DNA of 64,000 bases from positions 94,180,001-94,244,000 of the forward strand of contig CM059432.1 of the NCBI GenBank assembly GCA_030390025.1, given 5' to 3'. A program made the position numbers and the translations under genes. A model generated the notes under the pieces. That model had not been told where the DNA came from and ran no database searches. It worked only from the letters and a program-made list of their open reading frames with translations. Of this stretch, positions 1 to 11,950 are shown one piece after another (the first letter of the stretch is position 1; the number at the start of each line of letters is the position of its first letter). The stretch comes from Squalus acanthias. Taxonomy: Eukaryota.

Positions 1-339
1 TTTAGGATCTAGAATAGTTCTCTGTTTAGGAGTGCGGGAAAAGAGAAATAAAATTCGGCAAGATTAATATTTTAAAACGTAATATCTGTAGATCATACTT
101 AATGTTGATGATTTGATCCAAAATCTACAAATCAATGGGGGATGACGAGCATTCAGGAAGTAATGTAGCCTATCAACATGGTCAAACTAACATTTAGATC
201 ATTTTAAAACCGATAATTCAATAGTTAATGTTAGATCATTTCTGGTACCCCTGTACTGATACAGACTCGTACACCAATTCTAAACAATAGATCTGTAATG
301 AAGCTAAGGCTTTTCTAGTTGTGTTGTTTTCTATTTCAG

Positions 340-487
340 GGCTTTCGAAAAATCTGCCCAGAACTCTACAAGGAATATGAAAATGCTGTCTTTGGCACAG
401 AAGTGTTTACACGTATTGATCTCTGCTCAATGCGCAAGGAAAAGCAGCCCTCTGGTTATTACCATTGTGAGAGCACAATAAATGTAG
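340..487 (+). CDS. AKAP7: Internal exon of an AKAP7-like gene (C-terminal end of the 2H phosphoesterase domain); orthologue vs paralogue unresolved
   Basis: Acceptor ttttctatttcAG at 338-339 and phase-1 donor G|GTAGGT after 487. Translation GFRKICPELYKEYENAVFGTEVFTRIDLCSMRKEKQPSGYYHCESTINVG resembles the AKAP7 gamma/delta segment [26 protein letters not shown] (from memory). Upstream exons lie outside the window. Confidence 0.8.
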
Positions 488-497
488 GTAGGTATGG

Positions 498-1497
498 TGA
501 TCAGTGCTGGGGCCTCAACTATTTTCAATCTATATTAATGACTTGGATGAAGGGACTGAGTGTACTGTAGCCAAATTTGCTGATGATACAAAGATAGGTG
601 GGAAAGCAAGTTTGTGAGGAGGACACAAAGAGCCTGAAGGGATATAGATAGGTTAAGTGAGTGGGCAAAAATTTGGCAGATGTAGTATAATGTAGGAAAA
701 TGTGAGATTATCCACTTTGGTAGGAAAAATAAAAAAGCTAATTATTATTTAAATGGAGAGAGACTACAAAATGCTGCGGTACAGAGGGATCTGGGTGTCC
801 TTGTACATGAAACACAAATAGTTAGCATGCAGGTACAGCAAGCAATTAGGAAGGCAAATGGAATGTTGGCCTTTATTGCAAGGGGGATGGAGTATAAAAG
901 TAGGGAAGTCTTGCTACAACTGTACAGGGCGCTGGTGAGACCGCACCTGGAGTACTGCGTACAGTTTTGGTCTCCTTATTTAAGGAGGGATATACTTGCA
1001 TTGGAGGCAGTTCAGAGAAGGTTCACTAGGTTAATTCCTGAGGTGAAGGGGTTGTCTTATGAAGAAAGGTTGAGCCGGTTGGGCCTATACTCATTGGAGT
1101 TTAGAAGAATGAGAGGGGATCTTATTGAAACATATAAGATTCTAAGGGGGCTTGACAGGTAGATGCAGAGAGGATGTTCCCCTCGTGGGAGAATCTAGAA
1201 CTAGAGGCATATTTTCAGGATAAGGGGTCGCCCATTTAAAACAGAGATGAGGAGAAATGTTTTCTTTTCAGGGTTGTGAATCTTTGGAATTCTCTACCCC
1301 AGAGAGCTGTGGAGGCGGAGTCATTGAATATATTCAAGGCGGAGATAGACATATATTTGAGCTACAGGGGAGTCAAGGGTTATGGGGAGCGGGCGGGAAA
1401 GTGGCGTTGAGGCCAAGATCAGATCAGCCATGATCTTATTGAATGGCGGAGCAGGCTCGAGGGGCCGAATGGCCTACTCCTGCTCCTATTTCTTATG
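498..1497 (+). mobile_element. 5'-truncated CR1-clade LINE (RT C-terminus and 3' UTR)
   Basis: ORF 827-1162 has [19 protein letters not shown]...LEFRRMRGDLIETYKI. It ends in the family tail ggccgaatggcctactcctgctcctatttcttatg. GTGATC occurs at both ends (497-502, 1497-1502). Confidence 0.95.
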
Positions 1498-1502
1498 TGA
1501 TC

Positions 1503-2800
1503 TCATAACTGACCAAATGAAAACTAGAAGCTCATCTTTATAGAAGAAAAAGTAATATAAGAGTTCAATATTTCTCTAACAAAGAGTCCAGTCATTCAAA
1601 CAGTGAATAGCAATGAGATTTTAGAAGACAAAGTGAATGGCGATGGTGAGGTTGCTATAGTTACGGTGCCAGTGTGATGGTGCATCTAGGAAAATGCTAA
1701 GAGTTTAGAAAATACAAGTACAGCCAGAGCAGGCAAAGGAAATGGGATGGTAGATGCTGATGAAGCAATGATTAAGCAACTGCATAAAATCGCTTGAGAC
1801 CAAATTGAATAATGGTGAAATTAATTCAAACTCGGATGTCCAGTCTGTGGTGGTTCCAGCTAGTGATGTGGCAACAGAAGAAAAGTTAGCAGATATTTTG
1901 TTTTCTCTTAATGATGCAAAAGCGAGAGAACTGCAGCTAGCAGATATTCCCTTGAATGGACATTTTGAAATGGTAAGAAGAAATCGGTCAGGACAGTCAT
2001 TAAGTGAAAAAGTAGGAAAGCTAGTAACTAATAAAGAACCTGGTCAGACTGAGGAAATGGACTCTTCCTTTACATTAAGTGAAGAATGCTTGAAAAGTGA
2101 AAACAAGCTTGATTGCTCTTTTGACAGAGCACCACCAGGGAGAGAGATGAGGCTTTCAGGCTTTTACATGAAACTAAAATACTAGTTTTTTCATGTCCTT
2201 AAAAAGGGGGGACATTTACCATTGCAGAAAGAAGACAATATAGAAAGGAAAACAAGAAAGAATAACACAGCAAATAAAAGAAACAGCGCGGAAGCAAATA
2301 TATTAGACAAAAACTCCTCTCCAGGAATGAGTCTTTGCGTTTAAAATAAACAGAATGTACAGCTGGGAAGCAGGATGAGGAAAGGTTCGTTGAGGAAGAA
2401 AAATGATCATAGATTAATTTAAATGTGGCCAATGCTGTGGGAGGGCTGACAGTGCCATCAGACTTGTCAAAATAATTATGAAGGTGAAGCACAATAACCT
2501 TCAGCTTTATGAAGGCACAGCAGAAAATACAGCTACTAGTACCAAAGAACTGTCAACCGAAGACCATACTACTCTTGCATGTAAATTTCCTGCTGAAAAG
2601 GCACAAGGTTTCACTGAGCCTATTCAGTATGGTGGTCATAGAAATGTTTGCCTAGCAGAGGATGCTTCATGAAGTAGATCAAAACCTCCACTTTCTGTCT
2701 GTAGAGGGCACTAGGAGAATAGGATTTAACTTGCAACAGTTAGCAGAGGATGCTCAGACCAGTGTAGTGGTTTCAAAACCAGCGTTTATACAGGGATTCG
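1503..2800 (+). pseudogene. Decayed coding-like segment, possible dead read-through extension of the AKAP7-like exon
   Basis: Long runs of E/D/K/S/N-rich codons on + (e.g. ORFs 1805-2185 and 2478-2672) broken by isolated stops and frameshifts. Not recognisable as a repeat. Confidence 0.4.
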
Positions 2801-2829
2801 AAGAGAATTGAGAATATAGAACTGATTTG

Positions 2830-3135
2830 TGGCCATGAGTTTATTCAGTGTATAGCTGAGCTAGCTGATTTCTGGCTGGAATGGAGGTAGGGTGCTATAA
2901 TTCACCTTAGTACACCCAGGTAAGTGAAGAGAAAATCTGCCAGGGATCCTGCTTGTTATCCAGCAATCCTTCTGGAAATGTATATGTGAACTTTTGGGTG
3001 AGGACCAAATTGAGCTCAGCTCAATAGCCCACTGATGCCAATATAAATAATATCCAAATGGGGGGAGATAAATGAATGATGAGTTTGTAGAATCATAATT
3101 CAGTAAGGAATCAGTGCCTTCAGCAGAGGAGAAAA
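2830..3135 (+). mobile_element. Old LF-SINE-like element
   Basis: Shares blocks with 19420-19810 (gctgat...ctggaaa...ggtgaggac). These resemble the LF-SINE core as I recall it. Confidence 0.4.
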
Positions 3136-4269
3136 CGAATGAAACTGGAAATAAACCGCTTCAAGCTAATGTAATGATTCAGATGTTGAAATATTGTATT
3201 TATTTGACATGGAATTAATTTTTTATATAATTGAGTTTCAGAATAAACTCTGGCTGCAAACTCAATTGCACAACTTGCCTCATTATTGCCAGATTTGCCT
3301 GTATCGCATCAAGGATTGTCATGTCCATTTATTTGCAGCCAAATCCTTCTCTTCTAGGAATGGCCTGGAGATCAAGGACAACCCGGGGCTCCTGTTTCTC
3401 CTCTGAACTATCTCCTCAAACCCTTTTCTTTCTTCCTCTAATATCCAATGTAAAGAACTTGTAGAAATTGTTATCTCCTAAGATTGAGACTATCCATGCA
3501 GATGCCTCTGCTACTGCCTCCCCTTTTGCGGTATCAAAGGGGAATGTTACAAATTTCACATCTACTTTAGATATTTTGGGTTCAACGGTGCTAGTCATTT
3601 CTATAAGCAGTCCCTGTGTTTCTTACATTCAGAAGTTTGCCTGTAAACTGCCCAATATTTAATTATACAATAATGTCACCTGGGGGTGTAACAATAGGAC
3701 CCCTTATGTTTCGATCTTCATATAATGTCCTTCGCATGCGCCCTCATATTTGCTTTTCCAATCTTGTACACAAGCCAATACTGCAGTATGACCTACATCT
3801 GGCTAGGCTCATTCTGTGTAAGCATAAGAGAACCTAGTCTGGGAAAATGCTCAAAACATAATTGGAGCTCTATAGCACAAAAAGGTCTTTAGAAAAAAAA
3901 TCATGCTGTAAACAGAGATTTGGAGCAAAATCAATAGCAAGTGGAAAGATATAAACTGGACTCCTAGAATGCTTTGTACATCATTTCCATGGTCCATCAG
4001 TTGTAAAATTTTCCACAAAGATAGCTATCTCCTTGATGTTTTATATAACATTAAATTAATAAATGAAGTATGGATTTCTTGCATTGCCATGGTTACATAA
4101 TTTTGTATTCTATGATTTAACAGTAATGCAATAGAAAGCTAGTTTGATATCAACAATTTTATATGTTAGTAGCCAAGATGATTTCAATATGGCTAAAGGT
4201 AAACAAAAAAATTGTGGTCCATACTTCAAGCTGCTGTTTGTTAATTCAGCTTTTCTTTCTCTTCAACAG

Positions 4270-4931
4270 GACTGACTAGTACACCACTTCCTTCCAACTT
4301 CCCTTTAGGGAATTCAGGAGTGGCCAGAACCCTTGATCCTCTACTGAAGTCTCCAGAAAGCTCAGCAAAGCAGGAGGAGCCAGGAAAGTCATTTGGATCA
4401 GAAGACCTTCAAGAGGAATCTGTGGCCTCTGCACTCCACCTGACTGAACTGTCTGCCATAGAGCCTACAGATCTGCAAGGAAGTATGCAAAGTCCTTTGA
4501 GAAGCACATTGCCTCATGATGCTTTTGCGCAAGTGAATCATCCCCTCACAACTAGGTTCCTGCATGCACAGAAAGAGGGATTTGACACAGTTCATGATGA
4601 TTTAGTGGATTTAAAAGGAACTATCCAGTCTAGTCTAGAGGTCACTCGGGTTACAATACAAAATAGTTTGGATCTCCTGCAGTCTGCCATCCAGACAGAA
4701 CCTGAAAAAAATTCTGCCCCGTCTGGATTGCCTGCAATACAAACTGGAATGCAAGATCTCAAGTGCATTGTGCAGTCTGGAATGGAGCAGTTGGAGAGGT
4801 CTGTCCAGTCTGGCTTTGCAGAACTGAACAGTAACATAGCTGGACTGAGTCAGAATATTGCTGCCCTTGTCAACATTCTGACTCTGATTCATGCTTGTAA
4901 TCCTGCAGGTGCAACCTGTCAAAATATCTGA
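4270..4931 (+). CDS. Putative terminal coding exon of the AKAP7-like gene, encoding ~220 aa with 11-mer amphipathic repeats
   Basis: Strong acceptor ttttctttctcttcaacAG at 4268-4269. A phase-1 join to the donor at 487 gives G-LTSTPLPSNFPLGNSGVARTLDP..., in frame with ORF 4320-4931 and stop-free to TGA 4929-4931. AATAAA follows at 5121. Confidence 0.65.
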
Positions 4932-5120
4932 GAATATTGCAGGGAGGATGGTAGAGGGAGGATATCTGCCCAGTGTCAGCTTGCTTGCTCTTCAACCACT
5001 GGGAATACTACCAATTGCAGAGTCCCTGTGCTGTTCCTACAGTCCACCAGGGAGAATATGGATACCCAAGATTATACACCAGTTGCCTGAAAATCTCACA
5101 GAATACCCAGGAAAAGACAA

Positions 5121-5126
5121 AATAAA
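5121..5126 (+). promoter_or_regulatory. Candidate polyadenylation signal of the AKAP7-like transcript
   Basis: AATAAA about 190 nt downstream of the stop at 4931. Confidence 0.4.
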
Positions 5127-5154
5127 AATTAAGTACATATGCATAATATAGTTA

Positions 5155-5519
5155 TACAAAAAGAAAATACTGCAGATGCTGGAAATCTGAAATAAAAACA
5201 GAAAATGCTGGAGATACTGCCAGCGCAATTCACACTTCATCTAGAGCCATCCTTTGTTTCTTAACCTGTCCCATTACCATCTCCTTTTGCCTTGAATATC
5301 TCTTAACCTCTCCTGCCTTCTATTCTATCACAGACCTTCCCTTTTGTTCTTTCATCCCCTCCCCCCTTTCCCAGCACCTGCACTTGCTTAAAAATCTGTT
5401 CCATTTCCTGCTTTTTTCCAGTTCTGACGAAAGGTCATCGACCTGAAACGTTAACTCTGTTTCTCTCTTCACAGATGCTGCCTGACCACCTGAGTATCTC
5501 CAGCATTTTCTGTTTTTAT
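5155..5519. mobile_element. Penelope-like (pLTR-derived) non-autonomous insertion with inverted termini
   Basis: 15-bp TSD tgcataatatagtta at 5140-5154 and 5520-5534. Both ends match the terminal region of the GIY-YIG element at 60853-63276, in opposite orientations. Confidence 0.85.
5420..5456 (+). ncRNA. Minimal type I hammerhead ribozyme motif (Penelope-type)
   Basis: AGTT-CTGACGA-aAGGTCatcGACCT-GAAACGTT-AACT: stem I AGTT/AACT, core CUGANGA, stem II, GAAA, palindromic AACGTT. Confidence 0.75.
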
Positions 5520-5804
5520 TGCATAATATAGTTAACAAGTACAATCACTAGTTAACTGCCTCAAAATGCAATGCAATCAAAAAAAAGCCTGTATTACTGT
5601 AACTTAAGGAAATATTATAGTTGCATTAGCCAAATTTTATCTAAATACCATGATTGTGATCTCTGCCATGATCCCACAACAACATTGAGGAGGGCTGAAC
5701 ATGACAACTTGCATTTACAGACTACAGCAATAAAGCAGCCTTTTAGACAATTGGACAATAGATGAGATGCCAAATGTGCCTGTTTAATAAATACTAACCG
5801 TTAG

Positions 5805-6268
5805 AAAGAACTTGTATTTATATAACACCTTTCATGACCTCAGAATGTTACAAAGTGCTTTACAGCCAATGAAGTACTTTTGAAGTGTAGTCATTGTTGT
5901 AATGTAGGGAAATGAGGCAGCCAATTTACACACAGCATGGACCCACAAATAGAATGAGATAATGACCAGATAATTTTTTTTTTTAATTTAGTGATGTTGG
6001 TTGAGGGATAAATATTGGTCAGGACACTGGATAGAACTCCTCTGTTCTTCTTCAAATAGTGCCATGGAACTTTTATGTCTACCTGAGAGGCCAGACAGGG
6101 CCTCGGTTTAATATCTCATCGAAAAGATGGCCCCTCCAGTCGTGCAGAACTCCCTCAGTACTGCATTGACGTGTCAGGCTAAATTATGTGCTCAAATTTC
6201 TGGAGGGAGAATTGATCCCACAACTTTCTGACTCAGGCTAGAGTGCTACCACTGAGCCAAGGCTGACA
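5805..6268 (-). mobile_element. tRNA-derived Deu-domain SINE (SacSINE1-like)
   Basis: Reverse-complement homologue of 16390-16850. tRNA-like head gccttggctcagtggtagcactc...; L2-like 3' tail. Confidence 0.8.
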
Positions 6269-6398
6269 CTTAATGTCTGCCTTACAATTATTAGACCACC
6301 ATATACCTATTTATATTCATAGTGTAGTTCTCAAACCTACTTGGAAAATGGACATATTTGGCAAGCCGACAAATACATTACCAGATTAGGTATTCTAC

Positions 6399-6894
6399 AA
6401 TAAAAACAGAATGCTGGAAATACTCAGCAGGTCAAGCAACATCTGTGGAGAGAGAAACAGAGTTAACATTTCAGGTCGATGACCTTTCGTCAGAACTAAT
6501 AAAAGTTGGAGATATAACCGGTTTTAAGCAAGTGCGGGGGGAGGGGAGGAAAGAACAAAGGGAAGGTCAGGAAAGGGTGGAAGACAGGAGTGATTAAATC
6601 ACAAAAGGGATGATGGTGCAGGGCACAGGAGATGATAATGCGACAAGTAAAGAGCCTTCCACCCTATCACAGACCTTCCCTTCTGTTCTTTCCTCCCCTC
6701 CCCCCTTTCCCTTCCCCTGCACTTGCTTAAAATCTGTTACATCTTTAACTTTTTCCAGTTCTGACGAAAGGTCATCGACCTGAAACATTAACTCTGTTTT
6801 TTCACTCCACAGATGCTGCCTGACCTGCTGAGAATTTCCAGCATTTTCTGTCTTTATTTCAGATTTCCAGCATCCGTAGTATTTTGCTTTTGTT
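6399..6894. mobile_element. Penelope-like (pLTR-derived) inverted-repeat insertion with two hammerhead motifs
   Basis: 13-bp TSD ttaggtattctac at 6386-6398 and 6895-6907. The two arms are inverted. Hammerhead-like cores at 6461-6497 (-) and 6757-6793 (+), each with a CpG-type change in AACGTT. Confidence 0.85.
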
Positions 6895-8778
6895 TTAGGT
6901 ATTCTACTTATTGGTTGAACATATTCTTTCCTCCTACAGAAATGTTTTAATAATCTGAAGCGAGGCATAATTCAACAGCTGTGCAATTAATATTACCCAT
7001 TACCCTGGAGAAAAAGCAGTAGGGTAAAATAACTGTTCCTTCCTGGTATCCTAAGAGCTAACACTGTGATTGGTCCACCTATGCAAGGTATTGTTAATGT
7101 AATATAACACGCAGGGATTGGTACTGTTGGAGAACTTGCCAGTCGATTGGAACTTGGCAACACTTGCAGTACACTATAAAATGAAGACAACCTACCAAAT
7201 CTGGGTTGGAATTTCTTTTAAAACACCATTCAGCAAAGGGTGCTTACTATTGAATGGGTCACAGCCTGTAAACTTGAAAGTTATTCTGAAAGAATTGGAA
7301 ATGGTTTTCTGTTGACAGGTTTTGAAGTGACTATGATCTAAAGAGCAGAGTAAGACTATATTTGCATTTAAATAATGGGGGAATTAAAAAAAAGTGAAAC
7401 ATGCAATTAATTAACACATCTGATCAAATGTAACCCCACAGGCTCACTGACTTCACTAAGGCTGAAAAAGGTAGTACTTACATGAACTCTACAGCCTATT
7501 GCATCAATACTTTTGCAGCAAAAACCCAAAAGTAAAGATAATTACTTCACTTGAACTAAATGCCTCAAATGCCTCAATTATTGATTCTAAATGTGCAGTT
7601 TTTTTAACAATTGAATGTTCTGATACAATGCTGTTGATATTGATCAATGAAGGTGTTTTCTTGTTGTTCCAGTAGCAGTTTAATTCTGAATGTAAAATTA
7701 TGTTTACTGCAGTAGGAAGCTTTGCTTTAGATTTTAGTTTAAAAAAAATTGAAACAGCACATTAATTTAAGGAGCTTTTATAAACTGAGTTTTGTATTTG
7801 AAATTGTTTTCAAGACTAGTCGGAGTGGTTATGTAATTATTTAATACCACGAAGCAGTACTTTTCTTTGATTCTGATTAAAGCTTGGCGTGATGACTTGC
7901 ATGGAATGTGGAAGCCCTTGTTACTGGCTGAACTAAGGTGCTGCAGCAGAAAGAGCTTTCAATAGTTTGTGCAGCTATTGAAATAATTTGATGGGGGTGG
8001 GAGGGAACGTTGATCCTGTCTCAATTTGCAAGGCATGAATTTTAAAAAGCCCCGTCATGTACGTTGATCTTCCAAAATACTGAAATGTAATTATACTACA
8101 ATCTGGAAATATGAATTGGGCTCACTTGTATTTCAACAAAATTTCAGAGCTGCGTCGGGTTTTAAAAATTCTTGGGAATTACTAGACTCTGCTCAGTTTT
8201 GCAGTAACCCTAAATTTAAGACTTTGACATGGGCCACTGGAGAGGGAGGAAAAATAAAAGGGCAGAGTGCATGCAAGAGAATGTCCAACGTAATTGATTT
8301 GAATTGGTTCAGAGCAAAAAGGAGCTTTATGTCTAAAGGTACATAATACAAATGGCCGTACATTTAAAGGTTTTATAGGAATACAAGACCAATCTGACTT
8401 GCACAGAGGTAACTAATTGTTATAACCAGTTTGGTCATATTGCACAATAGACTTTGGGCTAAAAATTGGATATGGCCAGAAAACGGGTGGTGTCATGGCC
8501 CAACGGTGTTGAGCTGCGCTGGGTCAAAATGGTCCAGGTAGCACGCAAAATCCGTGCTTAGTCCTCATTAACATGATTATAGTGCTGATCACAGCGCTAA
8601 AACCGCTGCTCATTGGCTTACCACTCAACAGGTGGGCCAATATCTGGTCCAGTCTAATTCCCAGTCTTGTTATGCACAGGCTTTATTCAATACTTAAAGG
8701 GGAGGTGCATCGATGCTACAGCACCTCATTGTCAATCCAGTTCGAACTCCACCTGGAAGCAGACGGCACTAGAAGCAG

Positions 8779-10636
8779 ATGGCTGAGACTCCCCACAGGG
8801 AGAGAGCCCGCAGATTCTCAGACACGGCTCTTGAGGCACTGGTGGTGGCCGTGGAGAGGAGGCGGGCTGTCCTCTTCCCGCAGACTGGCAGGAAGCCCTC
8901 GCTCCATATGTCTAGAAGGCTGTGGTGGGAGATATCCGATTATGTGACGGCCACCAGTGTGGTCCCCAGGTCAACGATCCAGTGCCACAAGAAGTTTGAT
9001 GACCTCACACGGCAGGCCAAAGTGATTGAAGGCTTCAGCAAATGCCATATCCCACCATCTGCACCACAAGCCTCACACTCTGCTCAATGCACCTCACCTA
9101 CCAACAATCTCTACCTATCACCACTTAGACCTCACAATCAGAGCTTCACTTCACCCTCACAACCTTACCACTGCTGCAACACTCACACCCACATCTCACA
9201 CCTTGCACACAATGCTATTCAAATATGGCAGGCACATCACCCAAACACATTGCACCACACTCACTCTCACACTTCCCTTTCTCTTGCAGGCCAAGGTGGT
9301 GCATAATTGCTGCGAGCAGCGGCAGACAGGCTGGGGGCAAGCTGCCATACAGGACATCAGCCAACTGGAGGAGCGAGTGCTGGAGATCATTGGGCGGCAA
9401 GTCATCAAAGCCATGGCAACCGGCGAGGTTGAAGCCCATGGGGATAACAACAGTATGCTCATTCCTAATCCTTCTTCTCACATCCCACTTCCCCCTCATC
9501 CCACAATCTCTTCTCACTTACAAGCTGCTGATGCTGTATGCATGCATATCTTGCTTTCCACCCCCACCTCCCCTCACCATAACCCAACTCTTGTGCCTTT
9601 CTGCTTTCAGATAATCAAGATCAAGCACCAGCCCAAGGCGAGGGGGGAGAAGAAGACGACACAATGTCACTGCATCTGTCACTCGCAGACACCAGCTCAT
9701 AAACTGGCACTGCGTGTAATTTAGAGGCCAGTGCAGAAGCAGGATCTGCACAGGGTGAGGCACCAGGCATGAGTGGGCTGCAGCAAGGCCAGGGGGAAAG
9801 GGTAGCTCAGGGGCCAGCTCACCGGCGGGCAAGTTTGCAGGGGAGTTCTGCTGCACAGGACTCCGTGAGGGCTTCGATGGAGCAGGCTTCAGAAGAAGGA
9901 TGAGGGGCATGCACACCGAATTGCTACGTCCAATGGCAAGCCTGCCAGAGAGCCTCTTGGCACTGTCTAGGAGCATGAAGGAGTCCACCTCCAACATTGC
10001 ATGGGTCTTTGTGCAGAGCTTGGAGCCCATGATTTCCAGGCTGGAAATGATGGACAACTCCCGGAGAGACCTCGTCGACCCAGACATGATGCTGCGTGTG
10101 ATGGGCGATGTCGCGGCTGCCATTGCAGCACAGGCGGAAGCGACCCAACATCTTAGTGCTGCAGCGGATGCGTAGACCGCTCTCGTGCAATCTCAGCTTG
10201 CTGCCACTGAAGCTCAGACTGCTGCCATTGTGGCTGGGTTTACCACTGTCGACCGGGGTTGGCAGGGTGTCGCAGCATCCCAGCAATCTGTGCTCCAACA
10301 GATTGCTAGGAATGCTGAGCAGCCACCCCGGGGGCGTGGCAGTGGGTCAGTGGAGCAGGATGATAGCATTCCTGTTCCCACCAGCGCCACTCTGCCATTG
10401 CCCTTGGCGCTGCCTGTTAGCCAGCCAGCCCAGACTGCTGTAACCGATGCTGAGGTGCATTCTAGAGCCAGGCCTTCTAGGACCAGAACTGCTTGAGCTC
10501 ATCCTGCAAGGCCATCTGAAGTCTCCCCATGGAAACTCAGCAGCCTTTCACCAACCATGCTGCAGCCACTGCAGGAGCACTAGATCAGGAATGGGCACCC
10601 GAATGACGGGCACTACGGGATTGCACAAGCGTGATT
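8779..10636 (+). pseudogene. Harbinger Myb/SANT-like DNA-binding protein gene (3 exons, disrupted)
   Basis: MAETPHRERARRFSDTALEALVVAV...W.EIS..V.A....RS..QCHKKFDDL. Introns at 9022-9289 and 9453-9610 are GT-AG. Exon 3 has stops/frameshifts. Confidence 0.8.
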
Positions 10637-10799
10637 AGTTGATGTCGTATGTTGTTAAATTTAATAATTTTGTTTGGAATCTTTTGTGGTGGCTCTCATT
10701 TCAACTTTGTGCCCAGGAGGATGCTGTGATATTCCATGACACAGGGATAGTATGATGGGGATGTGGTGAGCAACGGGGATCTGGGGTTTCATTGGTTGG

Positions 10800-11950
10800 A
10801 ATCAGAGACTGATGAGGCGTTCACGGGCAGCTCGTCCGGAAGGGTGATTGGCTGCCTTCCTCCACGTCCTTTTCCTGTTTCTCTTGCTCATCCTCCTCCT
10901 CCTCCTCCCTCGTCCTACTCATGAGGTGGTCCCGCAATCCCTGGTGGCGAGGGCTGCGCCCTCATGATGGCCAAATTGTGAAGCATGCAGCAGACCACCA
11001 CAAAATGGGACACCCACTCCACCGAGTATTGGAGGGCTCCTCCCAAGCAGTCAAGGCATTGGAACCGTTGCTTAAGTAGCCCAGTGGTCTCTTCAATGAT
11101 GTTCCTGTTGGAAGCATAGCTCTCATTATATGAGTGCTGGGCATGAGAGGTGGGGTTGCGGAGGGGTGCAGAGCAGATAGCCCTTGTCTCCGAGCAGCCA
11201 CCCTTGGGTTTGACGAGGTGGCTGGAAGATTGCTGGCACACCGGACTGACTCAGGATGAAGCCATCATGACTGCTGCCAGGATAGTGGGCATTGACCATC
11301 AGGAATCACTGGGCGTGGTCGCACAACAACTGCACATTAAGTGAGTGGTAGTATTTGCGGTTATGGAATATCTCAGGATTGTTATACGTCACCCGCAAAG
11401 CCATGTGTGTGCTGTCGATGGCGCCCTGCACTATGGGGAAGGCCACTATCCTGGCAAAGTCGCATGCATGCTCGTCCTGCTTCTCTGCTCAGTTTAGAGA
11501 GCCTGGTTTAGAGATATGCAGTGATGGACGGCGAACTGTGAGATGTTAACTATGTCTCCTGCTGCAGACTGGAAAGATCTGCTGGTGAAGAAATTGAGGG
11601 CCACGGTGACCTTGACTGCCACTGGGAGAGCCGTGTTGGCCCTGCTCTCGGTGCAGGTCCGGTTGCAGGAGGAGGCAGAGTTCTGTGACCACCTCCTTGG
11701 TGAAGCGGAGCCTCCTAATACACTGCTCCTCGCTTAAGTGGATATAAGATAAATGCTCTCTGAAGACCCTAGGTGGGTAAGGCTTCCTGTTGAGAGCCCT
11801 CCCTCCTCCTCCCCCCCCCCCCCCTCTACAAGCATCTTCTCTTCGCTGCCTCCGCTCCCCCTCTCTAAGATACTTGAGCGCGAGGGGGACTGCCTGTAGA
11901 GCCCGCATGAGCAAGTGTTGTGAGCAGAAGTCTTTAAATAAGAATGAAGG
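10800..11950 (-). pseudogene. Harbinger (HARBI1-family DDE) transposase, disrupted
   Basis: Motifs [42 protein letters not shown] and VCCMLHNLA are spread over several frames. Confidence 0.9.

Noticed and set aside
319..570. 83-aa standalone ORF
   Set aside because: Composite of intron, the AKAP7-like exon and the start of a CR1
4917..4931. C-terminal CQNI as a CaaX prenylation box
   Set aside because: The middle residues Q and N are not aliphatic; poor match
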